This document shows, in pieces, positions 30,169 to 42,327 of a stretch of DNA of 64,000 bases. The translations under genes were made by a program, and so were the position numbers. Position 1 is the stretch's first letter. Each line of letters opens with the position of its first letter. A model generated the notes under the pieces. The model was given only the letters and a program-made list of their open reading frames with translations, was not told the origin of the DNA and did not search any database. The DNA comes from Flectonema sp. DT1601 (taxonomy: Eukaryota). The DNA is taken from contig OZ025790.1 of NCBI GenBank assembly GCA_964019425.1, positions 496,001-560,000 of the forward strand, in the 5' to 3' direction.

Positions 30169-31239
30169 ATGGAAATTATCATCAAAAATGTATCCACCGA
30201 TGAGGTCGAAATCGTTAATATAAATCCTGAAGAATGCCTGTCACTGTTTGAGACTCAAATGATGAATTTATTTGGAATGGAAGAAGGAATGTTTGAGTTG
30301 GAATACGAAGGTGAGATTTTAAATAACAAATCATTTCAGAGATTAGATGTGAATTCTGAAATTAATTTACACCCATCGAAATATAGTAAAGCGCTGTTAC
30401 TTTTACAAAGTGCTGGATATACTATTAGCGACATCGATCTCTGTATTAAAAACAACGATGTTGATAATTTCAACCACTTCATCACACTTGATAATTATGA
30501 TCAAAAAACCATTGTTGGTGATGTTTGTGAAAACGGTTTCACTGAAGGGATGAGAACGTTATTTCATAAAACAACTTTACTGAGCAACCTAACTGAGGAG
30601 CTTCAACACGAAGTCGTAATGCAGGCTTCAGGGAGTAACAGTCCCACGGCACATGATGTTGTTGAGTTGCTTATTGAGAATAAATTTGCTACTTTACTTT
30701 GTAATGAGACTGCGTTAGAATCTGCAGCAAGCACTGGAACCCTCCGTACGATGAGACTTCTTGTTGAAACAAATGTTCCGGGTGGCGATCCGACTATTCA
30801 CAATTCCGACTGCGCTCTCAGCGCTTCAGTGTCGTCAAGGGATAAATCAAAAATCGACTTCATGGCTGAAGTACATCCTCACAGTTGCATACCAACCCTT
30901 ATCGCTGCATGTGAACAAGGATGTGTTTACAGTGCTAGTTTATCTTTACGAATGGGAACACATATAAATTCAACTAACTATTTGTCTCATACTCCACTCA
31001 GTAGGGCATGTCGAAGTGGGTTTTTAAATTGTATCGCGTTTTTAATCTGCAAAGGAGCTAACATTGATGTCAGAGACCGTGAAGGAGTCTCACCAATAAT
31101 GGAAGCAACCAGATGTCACAGATGGAGACCTGAAATAGCTGATCTTCTGTACGAAGCTCGGATGCAGAAAAAACGTCGTCAATTTGACAAGTGGAGTTCT
31201 GATCTTATTCAAACAGTCAACCGGAGCTGGTCATGTTGA
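30169..31239 (+). CDS. Ankyrin-repeat protein with ubiquitin-like N-terminus
   Basis: TPLSRAC..G....FLI..GANID..D.EG.SPI..A ankyrin motifs; N-terminal FELEYEG resembles a UBL fold. ATG at 30169 preferred. Confidence 0.8.
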   Translation: MEIIIKNVSTDEVEIVNINPEECLSLFETQMMNLFGMEEGMFELEYEGEILNNKSFQRLDVNSEINLHPSKYSKALLLLQSAGYTISDIDLCIKNNDVDNFNHFITLDNYDQKTIVGDVCENGFTEGMRTLFHKTTLLSNLTEELQHEVVMQASGSNSPTAHDVVELLIENKFATLLCNETALESAASTGTLRTMRLLVETNVPGGDPTIHNSDCALSASVSSRDKSKIDFMAEVHPHSCIPTLIAACEQGCVYSASLSLRMGTHINSTNYLSHTPLSRACRSGFLNCIAFLICKGANIDVRDREGVSPIMEATRCHRWRPEIADLLYEARMQKKRRQFDKWSSDLIQTVNRSWSC

Positions 31240-31841
31240 ATGATGAGCAGTTTTTTTTTCTTTTTTTTTTTTTCTTTTGATAATCAATTGTACTTCTAAA
31301 AGTAGCCATTATAATGATGTGTTATAATTAGCTCGTTGTCTCTCTCTTTGTAAACTGCCAGTATTGTCTTGTTCTTCTGATTGCCAAAAACCCCCTTCCA
31401 CATCAGTGGAAGTAAGAGTGGTTTTTTTTTTTTTTTTGGTCAACAACTTCCAAGCAAGTTTCGCACAAACAAAAAAAAACAATAGTTTGACTAAAAGAAT
31501 GAAGTTGGCTGATTCTCTTTTTTTAATATCAATTTGTGCTTCTAGAAATGGGCTACTGTGTGTTATGGTTTAGCTCTTTGTTTCTCTCTTTTTAAATTAC
31601 TAATATCGTCTTGTTCTTCTGATTGCCTTTTAATACAATCGTATCACCTTCCGCTTCCATAGAGGTAAGAGTGGTGAGTAATTATTGTCCTTGTGGTTGG
31701 TTTTCATTGGTGTTTGACTCTTCTCCTTAAACTATCTTTTTTGTTGATTCAACGTTTTCTTAAAAAAGGAACACTAATCTCAATTAATACCAAAACATTA
31801 ATTACTCTTATCAGGAACTCTCCATTGCCGTTGTCAACAAG

Positions 31842-32544
31842 ATGGAGTCATTAACCAACACTAGAGCCAAGGAGCTCACTAGAGGTCGAGTTCAGAGACT
31901 GAAGGAAAGAAGAATGGAAGCTGATCAGCTTCGACCGAGACCTTCACTTGAAACGGTATGTTCAATAATAATACGTTGTTGAAATCTTATCGACTCTTAT
32001 CTCCGGAAGGCCCCCCCCCGGGGAAGGAAAGTTTAAAATTCTTTTTTAACAACAATACAAAAACAAACAGGGACCATCGTTTGCTAAGAAAGCCTTAAAA
32101 ACTGTAACAAAAACCCTAAAGACTGAAGAACTATGGTGTGGAGCAGGTGCAGCAGCATTTATTGGTTGGTGTGCAATGAAGAAACGTGGAGACAGCTCAA
32201 TTGAAGCCGAGAGACGAGCCTGGATGAAAGAGAACGGTGTGAAGTATTCAGACCTTAAGGGACATCTAAAAGATGAATATGTTGTTGATCATCCTGTTTT
32301 TCTAACTGAAGAAATTACTTTAGAAACTGGTAAAAGACTTAAGCAATTCTCTGTTGGAATGTGCAAGAAGAGACCTGTAATGGATAACGGTCCGGAAGTT
32401 CAATTCCGCTACAAGGATGAGGATGGAAACCGAGAACAAGTAACTCATAAGTGCGCCGTTGGAATCACAGAACCATGTCATCTATTGTTTCAATGGGGAT
32501 GGACTCCAGAACTTGAAGCCAAAGAAAGAGCAGCAGTAGCATAA
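31842..32544 (+). CDS. Hypothetical single-TM protein
   Basis: Exons 31842-31955 and 32071-32544 joined in frame by a 115-nt GTATG..CAG intron; hydrophobic LWCGAGAAAFIGWCAM. May extend further 5'. Confidence 0.7.
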
Positions 32545-32862
32545 TGATAGCTTAACTGCTTTAAGGCCGAGCTAGTAGACACCTCGGCTGTCTGTTGTAC
32601 CTAAAGTGGTCATCTATCCGCCCGATACTTTTCTTTTTAATTAATTCTTAGGACTGGTCTCACAACAGGGAATTGTTTTACAGATTACTTTTTATTCCAA
32701 CGATAAGGTCCATTGTGACCCGTTGCCTTAGATAGCCTTAGTTTATATTGTTTTGGTAATTTGTTATAAGTACAATAGCACTTTCGAGTAGAGGAGTATT
32801 TTTATTTATTTATTACTCTCTAAGATAGGAACACACATGTTTCATCAGTGCGTGAGAAGAAA

Positions 32863-33261
32863 ATGAATTGGAAAGACGAATCTGAAGCAAACCTTAAACA
32901 GTTAGAGGAAGATGAAATGGACTTACAGGAAATAGTTGATAAACAAATGAATAGTTTAGAACAAAAGCTTCGAGAGACTGAACGACGTCGAGCAAAAGCA
33001 GCTATTGAGGATGAAAAGAGATTAGCCATGAACAATGAAGCAGTTCAAGCAGCTGCAAGGGAAGCAATGTATCTACGACAAGCACAGCAACTCCGAGATT
33101 ACACCCGTGGAGTGCCTGTTGTAGAAGAAGAAATAAATTATTCTTTCGAATCTCCAGGATATCAGGCTTATTTTCCAGACGGAAGACTTGTCCCAGATGG
33201 CCCTGTTTCTTACTGGGACGCTCGCACATTACAATTCCCTGACAGCAGTGATGATGAGTAG
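32863..33261 (+). CDS. Small coiled-coil hypothetical protein
   Basis: Charged helical ORF on the coding strand; start uncertain. Confidence 0.6.
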   Translation: MNWKDESEANLKQLEEDEMDLQEIVDKQMNSLEQKLRETERRRAKAAIEDEKRLAMNNEAVQAAAREAMYLRQAQQLRDYTRGVPVVEEEINYSFESPGYQAYFPDGRLVPDGPVSYWDARTLQFPDSSDDE

Positions 33262-33375
33262 AGAACTGTTGGTACCATTTCCATGGATACCAAACTCTAT
33301 AAACCTGTTCAGTGTGTTGTTGTTATTCAAAATACTTTTTTTTTCATCAATCAGATATTTACACTAACCACTACT

Positions 33376-33633
33376 ATGGGAAATCAACAGGGTGCAGGAA
33401 GTGATCTCTGTGGTGACACATGTGACGGAGTAATGAAGAAAGTAGGACCCGCTGCTTGTGCAATGTCCTGGAATGATGGATGCAAGAATCATCCACCACC
33501 TGATGGTTTTAATAAAACGACAACAATTGGTCAATTGTGTCCTAAACAATGTAATGTTGGAGGAAGTGATCCTCATGGGAAAGCATTAAAAGTTAACGTT
33601 CACGGACCACATTTAATGAGAGACGTTAAGTGA
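33376..33633 (+). CDS. Small Cys-rich protein with N-myristoylation-type start
   Basis: MGNQQG start; six Cys ending in CPKQC. Confidence 0.6.
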   Translation: MGNQQGAGSDLCGDTCDGVMKKVGPAACAMSWNDGCKNHPPPDGFNKTTTIGQLCPKQCNVGGSDPHGKALKVNVHGPHLMRDVK

Positions 33634-33849
33634 GATTACACCTCTTATCTTGAGCTTGATTTTTGTCTACGAAAAAAAAAAAAAATTATTTACTTTAAAA
33701 TGCTTCTTTAAGTCTCTCTCTTATGTCTATTTCAGAACCAGGAGGAGAGGAATACCATCCACCACTGAGACTCGCACCGTTCCTTCTCTTATGATTTTTA
33801 TGTTTATTATAAATTTATAATCATCCATTACTTTCCTTACAGTCCACTT

Positions 33850-34800
33850 ATGGCCTCTAGTAAAGATGCTTGGGAATCATTTTGTAAATTAATAAGTAGT
33901 GACCTCACTGAAACTGAAGTGAGTGGATACAGTTTAAAAGAATTACATGTCGTAATGTCTAAGTACGGAGTGTCAAATCCAATTCAGTGTGCGAGAATTG
34001 AAATCTATTGGAGAGTTATGAGAACTAGAAAGATGCCAGCTGCAGAGAATCGAACAAAGCCTCCGACACTCCCACCAACATCAACAATAGATGGAGTTGC
34101 TATTCACAATAGAGCGTTTTCTCTTGAGGGGATTACAAGACCAGTTGGTTCACTCGGTTCTAGAGGTAGAGCAAGATCTCGTAGTCAAGATTCTCGTGCA
34201 ACTGCGAATCCGAATTGTATTTTAATAGACAAGCCGTTAAGATCTCAGAGTAAACGAAGATCACTTACACCGCAAAGATCAACTTCAGTTAGTAACATGA
34301 AAGTAATTACCAGTACTTGTTCTTATAATAATCCTTTACCATCACCAAGAAGAGGACGATCTGTAACTCATCGTGATTGTAGTGTTCCAGCCACAGCTAA
34401 TCCTAACCAATTACAATGCTATGATTATCCTGTAACTCAAAAAGCAAAAGTAAGGTCTCAGTCTCCATCACTTCAGCTACCCATTCGCTCACCCTCACCA
34501 TGTAAGAGAATACTACCTGAAGCGAGTCGTAGAGTTTCTGATGTTGATATCTTTCAGAGGGATGTCACACCAAAATTATTCGGAGGCCCGAAGGGTTCTT
34601 TCTTGTTTACTCTTCAGGCAAAAGCAAAATCATCTCCGCCAACTCCTCCCACTACCGCTCCAGCTAAAAAGAAAACCACATCCTACGCCATGAGATCGTA
34701 CAAGAGTCCTTACGGAACAGAGTATACTCCTCCTGATATTAGAGTGGTTCCAAAAAACTCAACGGCTTCTGTGAGGAGAGGAATGAGGTTCATTGACTGA
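33850..34800 (+). CDS. Ser/Arg/Pro-rich hypothetical protein
   Basis: 316-aa ORF; small helical N-terminal domain; repeated ATANPN motif. Confidence 0.7.
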   Translation: MASSKDAWESFCKLISSDLTETEVSGYSLKELHVVMSKYGVSNPIQCARIEIYWRVMRTRKMPAAENRTKPPTLPPTSTIDGVAIHNRAFSLEGITRPVGSLGSRGRARSRSQDSRATANPNCILIDKPLRSQSKRRSLTPQRSTSVSNMKVITSTCSYNNPLPSPRRGRSVTHRDCSVPATANPNQLQCYDYPVTQKAKVRSQSPSLQLPIRSPSPCKRILPEASRRVSDVDIFQRDVTPKLFGGPKGSFLFTLQAKAKSSPPTPPTTAPAKKKTTSYAMRSYKSPYGTEYTPPDIRVVPKNSTASVRRGMRFID

Positions 34801-35241
34801 GCGGTTTCTTCGTAACTTGTTTCCTTGATCCCAGAGTTATTAAAAGAGAGGAAGAAACGATCTCCTTTTTTTACCCCCTTTACTATTTGTATTGTATTGC
34901 TTTTTTGTATTCTGTTGGGTGGTAACAAAAAAAAAAAAAAAATGTTTTAGTTTTTTTTTAATTAATTCCAATCTTTTTTATTAATAGCTTCACTCCCTTT
35001 TACAGGACTATATTCGCGTGGCCTCCGGTGGCAGTTACTACGTTATCGGTGACAGTCAAAATTGTCTGAGATTGTTGTTCCTTTTGAGCTAACAGTAAGA
35101 CTTGCCTTTTTGTGACTGTTTCACATCACAAATTATCGTTATTGTAATATGGAAGTGTTGTAATATAAGTTAATATTTCTTTCAGTATTTTTTTTTTTTT
35201 TTTTTCCCTTTTCTTTTTTTTTGAATAAAAAAAAAAAAAAT

Positions 35242-36309
35242 ATGACCGCCTGGTGTTACAAAGTAGTCGCGGGATTACTTTTGTTGTATTTTTTAGTGTT
35301 GAGTTCGCTCTCTAAGAAGAGAGGCTTTGATAAGGAGATAAAGGAATTAAAAAAAATTCAAGAGGACCAGCAAAAATTAATTTCTGAACTACAACACTCA
35401 CTACACAAGGCATTGGATGTTAATAAAGTTGACAGTAGATGTAAAGACAACCATATTGAATGTGAGTCTTGGTCAACTTGTTGTCCAAATGGAACTGGTG
35501 AGACAACATGCAGCACCCTCGATTGTGAAAATGATTTCGACACCTGCTCAGGCAGCTGGATGAAAAAAGAATGCACAAGAACATGCGGATTATGTGCTGA
35601 TCAGACCCCACTTTTTGAAAAACAAAAACCAATATTAGCACCTTGGGACAGGCTAGGTCCTGATCATGGAACCCTCTCTGGCTACGATGGAGTAACTTGG
35701 CATAAGTGGCATGCAAAATCACCTCGGGTTGTTTATATAAAGAATTGTTTACGACAGGAACACTACGAAGAGATAAAAAAACTCGCTGAACCCCACCTCA
35801 AGAGATCAAAAGTAGTCCATCCAGTTAACTCATCCGAAACTACTGATCAAGTTAGAACAAGTCAAGGAATGTGGTTACAAGGTAATGAATTTGATTGTGT
35901 TGGAAAGACTCGTTTGTTAGATATCATCAGTACAGTTTCTGGCTATGGTGAATCTCATTTTGAAGCAGTTCAAATACTAAAATACAACCCTGGCGAGTAC
36001 TACATTCATCACTCAGATTGGTTTGAATCAAACATGAAAGCATACCTTGGCACTGCTGGTCAACGTATCGCTACTTCAATAACATTCTTAAACACTATCC
36101 CAATGGATCAAGGTGGTAATACGGTGTTTTCATATTCAACTCCAAAGGTAAATGTAACTCCTGTGGCTGGAGATTCAATTATATTTTACAACATGCATTT
36201 GAGTGGTCGTCCAGACAAAGCATCAGAACATGAAGCTGTTCCTCCACAGCCTGGGTATGAGAAATGGGTTGCTATTATATGGATTAGGGTGAATGAATTT
36301 AGTACGTGA
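35242..36309 (+). CDS. P4H: Prolyl 4-hydroxylase with signal anchor and ShKT-like domain
   Basis: SPRV, RTS.GMW, QILKY..GE.Y..HSD, QRIAT, H...P...G.EKW motifs; CKD....C..W..WMKKEC..TCGLC ShKT-like domain. Confidence 0.9.
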   Translation: MTAWCYKVVAGLLLLYFLVLSSLSKKRGFDKEIKELKKIQEDQQKLISELQHSLHKALDVNKVDSRCKDNHIECESWSTCCPNGTGETTCSTLDCENDFDTCSGSWMKKECTRTCGLCADQTPLFEKQKPILAPWDRLGPDHGTLSGYDGVTWHKWHAKSPRVVYIKNCLRQEHYEEIKKLAEPHLKRSKVVHPVNSSETTDQVRTSQGMWLQGNEFDCVGKTRLLDIISTVSGYGESHFEAVQILKYNPGEYYIHHSDWFESNMKAYLGTAGQRIATSITFLNTIPMDQGGNTVFSYSTPKVNVTPVAGDSIIFYNMHLSGRPDKASEHEAVPPQPGYEKWVAIIWIRVNEFST

Positions 36310-36647
36310 GAAAGACATGTACACAAAAAAAAAAAAAAAAAAAAAAATTATTTTCATTTTTTTTTCTTTCTCTTTCTTCTCTTCGTTTTGTTATGACCGT
36401 GGAGTCTCTCTTATCTGAGGCAGGTATTCCACGATGTCACTCCTGCTTATTATAAGTACATTCAAATCTCAGATACAACAGTATCCCGATTGATTTATTT
36501 TGTTTGACTTTAGAAAAACAACAACAACTTCTATAATAACAATTATTCATTCTATACAGACATCATCCATGAGGGGGGGTATTAAATATAACTTCCAAGT
36601 TTTCACTTTTAGCTTAACAATATATTTCAACAACAGTAGCGTAGGTG

Positions 36648-37745
36648 ATGACGAATTGTGAGATAGTTGTGAACGGCACTAATGGAGTGCATGAAGAAGA
36701 GGCGGTGAGTGAGTTGCTTGAGGAACTGACTGAGATAGGTCTTGGGAGAATATTCACAAAGCTTAATGAAGCGGGTGCGAAGAATCTCGAAGATGTCGAA
36801 AAGATGACTCCAAACGAGCTACAAAAACTAATTCCAGCAGTTGGTAGTCGCAGAAAACTTCTTAATAGCTTAAACCCCGGATGTCCAGCAAGTGGACCAG
36901 CAAGTATTCCTTTTAGAGCCGATCATTTCTCACCACCGAGGACGGGCAGGAGCTCCAGTGCAAAGAAGAGAAAACCAACAGCGCCTATTAAGACGTACGC
37001 TAAAGAGATCTTTAAGGTGTCTCAGAGTTATCGTAGAACTCCTTCTTACACTATTGGTACTGAGTTCAGTACACCTGCTAAGAGATCTGGTTACTCTCAT
37101 AGAGAACATTCCATTCCACGGAAAGGAAAGAACAGCGCGAGAAGTCGCTCTCGTACAGCGGGTGGGGAGACTGAGGATACAACGCTGCCTCCTCCACCAC
37201 CATCGTCAGCTGGAACACCAGTCTTAACAAGTCAGGTTCTTGCAAGAATTAACCCGTCGCTTACTACCACTACTCCTCCTACCCGTACCCGTCCTACCTT
37301 TATATCGAGGAACATAGAAGATATATTCACCCTTCTTACATCTGATTCAGTCGGGTTACCTCCAGACCGTGCGGCAACCTATGAGAAAGTTCTTGAGAGT
37401 AATGCCGTCACTGATCGTATGTTTGTTTTAATTTAGTCGTAGCAGCTACGACCCAAATCATGTTGTTGACTTGGTCTCTTTTCTGAGAAGGGGAATTATG
37501 ATGGCCCCAACTGTTATTTGTTTGATGTCCTTACAATTTATCTTCTTGGGGAAGAAAAAAAAAAAAAAACAGGTCGTACTTTGCAGCTGTTGTCGGACTT
37601 AGATTTGGAAAAGTTAGGAATCCCTCTGGGTATGTTGATTACTCTTAGCAATTAATCTCACACGGAATACAACTAGAGATAGTTATAAAATATAAAAAAA
37701 AATTCAGGTCACCGCAGAAGGATCCAGGCAGCATTAACTTCATAG
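36648..37745 (+). CDS. Protein with N- and C-terminal SAM domains
   Basis: Exons 36648-37416, 37573-37629, 37708-37745. Splicing restores LQLLSDLDLEKLGIPLGHRRRI; N-terminal MTPNELQKLIPAVGSRRKLL. Confidence 0.85.
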
Positions 37746-37994
37746 ACTGCAGATGATTGTATCTGAATAGTCATGTCTTGTCTCACCGCGGGGACAACTT
37801 TTGACAAAAAGAGTTTCTTTTTTTTTTTTTTTTTTTTTTAATGAGTAAACTAAACTTAAGTTCAGCAGCTGTCCAGCAGCTGTACAGGCGATTCGGTTAA
37901 TCGTTTTCAATGTTGTTTACAACGACAATGTCGATTAAATTAGCATGTGGTAATATTATAATAGTAATCTATTAGAAGGGGATGTATCTTTACT

Positions 37995-38026
<32 letters not shown>

Positions 38027-38914
38027 GTATTTCTCTTCGCGTTCCTGTCATCGAAGTACGGTAAAAAAAAAAAAAAAAAACGAATATTATTATGGCTATT
38101 GTTGTTTATCTGAAATAACGGATGAGAAATATGTGGAACCGACGAGAAAAAAAAAAAAAAAAAAAAAAAAAAGAGAGAGAAACTATTTGGGGCAACTACT
38201 TCTGCAAAAGTATCCAAGCCTCGGGGATCTGCGGCATTTCCCTGTTTCTGTTGTTCCATTTTCCTTTTTTTTTCCCCCTTCCTTTTTTTTTTTTTTTTTT
38301 TGCATTTAACAAATATTCATGAGAGCTATAATTATGTTGCGGCAGCACACGTAAACCTCCTTTTAGCTTTATCAGTTTAAGTCGGTTCACGGGGGTTTTT
38401 TCGTGACACAAATAAAACATCAACAAAGTGTTATATTACTATACTATGTTCTGTAGTTTAAGTTAAAGCCAAATTCTTTTTATCCTGTTTGTGAAACAAA
38501 AAAAAAAAAAAATCCTATAGTAACTTTAGCGACCAACACACAACCCTTTAAAAGTTCCTTTTTTTTTTTTTTTTTTTCCTTCTCCCCGAGTTCAGTTCAG
38601 AAATTTTTATCTGTATTGGGGATCCGCAAGTAGAGGCCAGTCGGAAATCACAAAAAGGTAAAACTGTTGCAGTAATGATTGATTGTTTCTGAGGCAGTTT
38701 GTTGCAAATGACACGTTCTCAAGGATACCTTGTGAAGGGTACTGGTGGCGAATAAGACTTGATCGTAATTATTTATTTACAACAGGTTGTGACCCTCAAG
38801 TTAGTTGATGAAGTAGTCTATAGTTGGAAACAATAATAGCTGTAGTGTTAACTTGTGTCTGTTTTGATTGTTATAATACATTTTAATTAGATTAACAACC
38901 ACAACTTCTCAACA

Positions 38915-39895
38915 ATGAAGACCGCCGCCGTTATGCTGATGGGACTCACCGGGCTCGCCCACGGTCTCACCGAAGAGTACGTTCAGTCGAACGCCAAGAG
39001 CATGTGGGCGTCCTTCAAGAGAGACTACAACAAGTTCTACACCCCAGCTGAGGAAGCGAGAAGGTTTCAGATCTTCCAGGACAACATGATGAAGGCCATC
39101 CGTCACGAGAAGGAGACTGGATCCAGCCACGGAGTCAACGCCTTCGCTGACTTGACCGCAGAGGAGTTCAAGGTCAACCACAACCTCCAGGTTCCAGAGA
39201 AGGAGAGCCCAGCCAGCACCTACACCGCTGAGGAGATCAAGAAGGCGCAGGCCACCTCCGTTGACTGGAGAAGCAAGGGAGCCGTCACCCACGTAAAGAA
39301 CCAGGCTCAGTGTGGATCTTGCTGGGCGTTCTCCACCACCGGAGGAATTGAGGGACAGTGGTTCTTGGCTGGAAACACTTTAACATCTCTCTCAGAGCAG
39401 GAACTTGTTTCATGTGACAAAACCGACTCAGGTTGCAATGGAGGGTTAATGGACAATGCTTTCGCTTGGTTGCTTAAGGAGAACAAGGGACAGATCGTAA
39501 CTGAGGAGTCCTACCCATACACCTCGGGAGGTGGTGTGTCGGGAACCTGCAAGGGATACGTTGAGAAGAAGGTTGGTGCCACCATCAACTCCCACAAGGA
39601 CATCGCCCACAACGAGGACGATATGCAGGCCTTCGTGTCCACCAGCGGACCGCTCTCGATCGCTGTTGACGCCGCCAAGTGGCAGACATACACCGGAGGA
39701 GTGATGACCAACTGCTGTGAGTTCTGCACCCTTGACCACGGAGTGCTCATTGTTGGATACAGTGCTGACTACTGGATCATCAAGAACTCTTGGGGAGCAA
39801 GCTGGGGAGAGTCTGGATACATCAGAGTTGCCAAGGGAAGAAACGAGTGTGGACTCAACAAGTCCCCATGCACTTCGATCGTCAACAAGAAGTAA
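38915..39895 (+). CDS. CTSL: Cathepsin L-like papain-family cysteine peptidase
   Basis: Signal peptide, I29 prodomain (GVNAFADLT.EEF), QCGSCWAFS, LDHGV, YWIIKNSWG. Confidence 0.97.
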   Translation: MKTAAVMLMGLTGLAHGLTEEYVQSNAKSMWASFKRDYNKFYTPAEEARRFQIFQDNMMKAIRHEKETGSSHGVNAFADLTAEEFKVNHNLQVPEKESPASTYTAEEIKKAQATSVDWRSKGAVTHVKNQAQCGSCWAFSTTGGIEGQWFLAGNTLTSLSEQELVSCDKTDSGCNGGLMDNAFAWLLKENKGQIVTEESYPYTSGGGVSGTCKGYVEKKVGATINSHKDIAHNEDDMQAFVSTSGPLSIAVDAAKWQTYTGGVMTNCCEFCTLDHGVLIVGYSADYWIIKNSWGASWGESGYIRVAKGRNECGLNKSPCTSIVNKK

Positions 39896-40404
39896 GCAAA
39901 GCAGCTGATGCGCGTGTGGCGCAGCATTCGAAAAAAAACGTTCTCACTTTGACTTCGTCTGTTTGAGAAAACCTTTTTTTTTGTGATACTATATATTTCT
40001 GTTCCAAATTTAATTAAAAAAAATTGCCTTTCTTTTTCCTTCTGAGTACACGCGATTGTGTCCTCTTCTCCCTCTCTATTTCTACAGTTGACTGCGCATT
40101 TGCAGGTTCAGCTTCCGCGTGATAGTTAAAATGTTATTGGTGTGATTGTTGTTCTGCGTTCACTCTTTTCGTAATTATATTTATTTTCTCGTAAGAGCTA
40201 CAGGTGTATAATATCGAGTCATTCACTTTGACAACAACGAAATACAACTTCGCAGGAAGACTACGAGCAAATACAAACTCAACCTAGTAGTATGGAATTA
40301 GAAAATAAAGAATTGGATTTATCTTAAACAATACGGAATATGAATGCAGATCAATTTGCCACTGAATTGTTATTTATTATTGTTATTCATAAACAGAAAG
40401 TAAT

Positions 40405-41370
40405 ATGTCGAAAGCGATTGCTGGTTACCGAAAAGTGGGTCGAGTGTTCTTCGTGATGCTCGACAGGTGTGATTTATCTAAATGGGATCGAGAAACAAAA
40501 CTGGCAGCATTCCAATTGGGTCTCACTTCAATGTCGAAAGTAATAGTAGTGCCTGATATACCAGTTAACAGAGATCTACTCCATGTCTTACATCCCTGGA
40601 TATACCTTGAGGCAAAGACAACTGACGAGTGTAGGGAAATGCTCAAAGTACCAGATGGTGTAAGCTGGCAAGAACTTCGTGACAACATACCTGAACCTGA
40701 TCTCGGTCATCAGTCGAGTGCTATTAGAGTAGCCACTAAGAGAGACAACTTTGTCAGAGAGATCCAGTGGTTGAAGGAAGAAATGAGACAGCGTCTCAAG
40801 ATTAACTATATCAAACCTCTTGATAGACTTGGTATGTTGATGCTTTTTTTTTTTTGTTCTTTGTCCCCCTAAAGAATAATTAAAAACAACAAAACAGATC
40901 CGATGGAGAAAGCAAAGACATTATTTCTATTCGATAATGCTGCTAAACAATATTGGATAAACTATACTAAAGATAAGCTCAGAGATGATCGGAGATTTTC
41001 TCGATTCTACGCTACCCCTGAGAGAGGATTCAACGATCCGTCTACCGGTGATGCTTTATCTATCTTCTTTGAGAAGTCTGGTAGAGGTGACAGAAGTATG
41101 TTTTTTATAATATTCTTAATCGAAAGTAGAAGACTTAAAACAACAATCACACAAAACACAGCAATGTATCAATATTCTCGTGGTGTTCCTTTAGTTGGTA
41201 CCACGCTATCTAAAAACTATCGTCACTCTCGTCTATACTCTCCGCTCACTAATGCTGGCAATCCAAATTCTGATACTCAACTTCGATTAAAAGGTCATAG
41301 ATCTACTTCTGGAGTGTTCTATACTCCGAAGTTTAATAAAGCACCATTTCACACAGCGAAAGCAGCCTAA
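40405..41370 (+). CDS. Probable mitochondrial ribosomal protein uL30m with long C-terminal extension
   Basis: N-terminal LGL....VIVVPDIP.NR.LL..L...I pattern resembles uL30. Exons 40405-40831, 40898-41095, 41162-41370 with two 66-nt introns. Confidence 0.6.
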
Positions 41371-41886
41371 GCGCTGTCACTCTGTGTTTTTGTGTTAATT
41401 GTCATTAAAAGATGAAGCAATCAAATGCTGGTAGGTGGACTTCTCACAACTGTTGGTTAGTACTCTGCAGTTAATTAAACTTGTGTAGGAGAGTAGACTG
41501 ATGAATTATACCGATGGTTTTGAACATGATTATCATCAGCTACTGTTGCTACTTTCAAAAAAAAGGGGACTGCATCATACGACCAAGTTCGAAATTCGTA
41601 AACCAACTCTTTTTTTTTTTTAAAAAAAATGGAGTTTTTTTTTTTTTTTTTTACCAATCCGCCAGTGTTATCCTACATTACCTTTTTTTTAGGAAAAGGA
41701 AAATTATTTTTTGTATTCAAGAAAAAATACTTTTAGTTGGTTTATATTTATTTTATTGTTTCCTTAGGTGTGAGATACACAACGACATTAAAGGAAAGAT
41801 GCAACACCAATGACAATCCTGTTCGTGTAATAATGGTTGTACTCTAATCCCAATACCCCAACACACAGATAAAATAATATTGTAAC

Positions 41887-42327
41887 ATGGCCGATGAAGA
41901 GGACAGTAATTTCGATTGCGGTATTTGTATGGACAAGGCTACAGAGCCAGTTGTAACGCAGTGTGGGCATTTATTCTGTTGGCCATGTCTTGGTAGATGG
42001 TTGTCTAGGGAACACAGTGATTGCCCTACATGTAAAGCTGGTTGTACTAAAGAGAATGTGATACCACTTTATGGTAAGGGAAGGACTCAAACAAACTCGA
42101 ATAACACAAATAATAATCAAGAGCCGGCTAGTGAACGACCCCGAGCAAACAGACCACCCACACCACCTAGAAGGACACCTTTCCCGCAATTTCAATTTAA
42201 TTTTGATTGGCAAGCCTTTCCCGGTTTTCGTGAAGCTCAACAACCCCTGGGATGGAATGATGAAACTAAGTCTGGGCTGTGTTTATATGCCGGTCTTGTA
42301 ATCTTATTGTATCTCATAGTCATGTAA
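41887..42327 (+). CDS. RNF5: RNF5/RNF185-like tail-anchored RING E3 ligase
   Basis: FDCGICMD.A.EPVVT.CGHLFCWPCL..W..CPTCKA..VIPLYG.G, RP...RP, C-terminal TM. Confidence 0.9.
   Translation: MADEEDSNFDCGICMDKATEPVVTQCGHLFCWPCLGRWLSREHSDCPTCKAGCTKENVIPLYGKGRTQTNSNNTNNNQEPASERPRANRPPTPPRRTPFPQFQFNFDWQAFPGFREAQQPLGWNDETKSGLCLYAGLVILLYLIVM

Noticed and set aside
38909..39750. Minus-strand ORFs over cathepsin L
   Set aside because: Antisense shadows produced by GC3-rich codon bias.
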